From: Chlorokybus atmophyticus
Lineage: Eukaryota > Plantae > Mesostigma and Chlorokybus algae
Assembly (NCBI GenBank): GCA_009103225.1
Contig: RHPI01001507.1
Location: forward strand, 287,626-351,625
Reading direction: 5' to 3'
Length of the DNA stretch: 64,000 nucleotides
In this document: positions 63,913 through 64,000 of the stretch, in pieces
Numbering within the stretch: the stretch's first letter is position 1
Layout: each line of letters starts with the position of its first letter
Position numbers and translations under genes: made by a program
Notes under the pieces: generated by a model
Told to the model about the DNA's origin: nothing
Seen by the model: the letters and a program-made list of their open reading frames with translations, nothing else
The model's database searches: none

Positions 63913-64000
<88 letters not shown>
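63913..64000. repeat. (GA)n microsatellite running off the window end
   Basis: Pure dinucleotide run. Confidence 0.97.

Overview
Intron-containing eukaryotic genomic DNA from a draft assembly: three N gaps flanked by C-runs, several single Ns, and very long GA/CT runs. A complete GAF + RWP-RK + PB1 NIN-like protein, an ascorbate peroxidase-related gene and a Cu/Zn SOD suggest a streptophyte (probably charophyte) alga; this is inference. The left 26 kb is nested retroelements. The highlight is a near-intact Ty3/Gypsy-type element (minus strand, 15264-6169). One reading frame of 3032 codons, broken only by two in-frame stops, encodes Gag (two zinc knuckles), a ~700 aa unknown region, aspartic protease, a DNMT3-like C5 cytosine methyltransferase, RT, RNase H, integrase and a PHD finger. 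Retrotransposon-borne DNMTs have precedent in charophytes and dinoflagellates, so the class is not new, but this architecture merits study. Beside it lie two decayed Copia remnants and a decayed chromovirus with LTRs, PBS, PPT and a GGCAG TSD. That chromovirus is interrupted by a 1.6-kb non-autonomous TIR element, which has two more copies in the window. Its LTR copies carry reciprocal palindromes. Host genes are a NIDO-domain extracellular protein, APX-R, NLP, Cu/Zn SOD (two GC-AG introns) and a probable mTERF-like pseudogene. Also present: a Tc1/mariner-type MITE, two CRE-like non-LTR fragments, a Pif1 helicase remnant and several near-perfect hairpins. All assignments come from motif recognition by eye; no searches were run.
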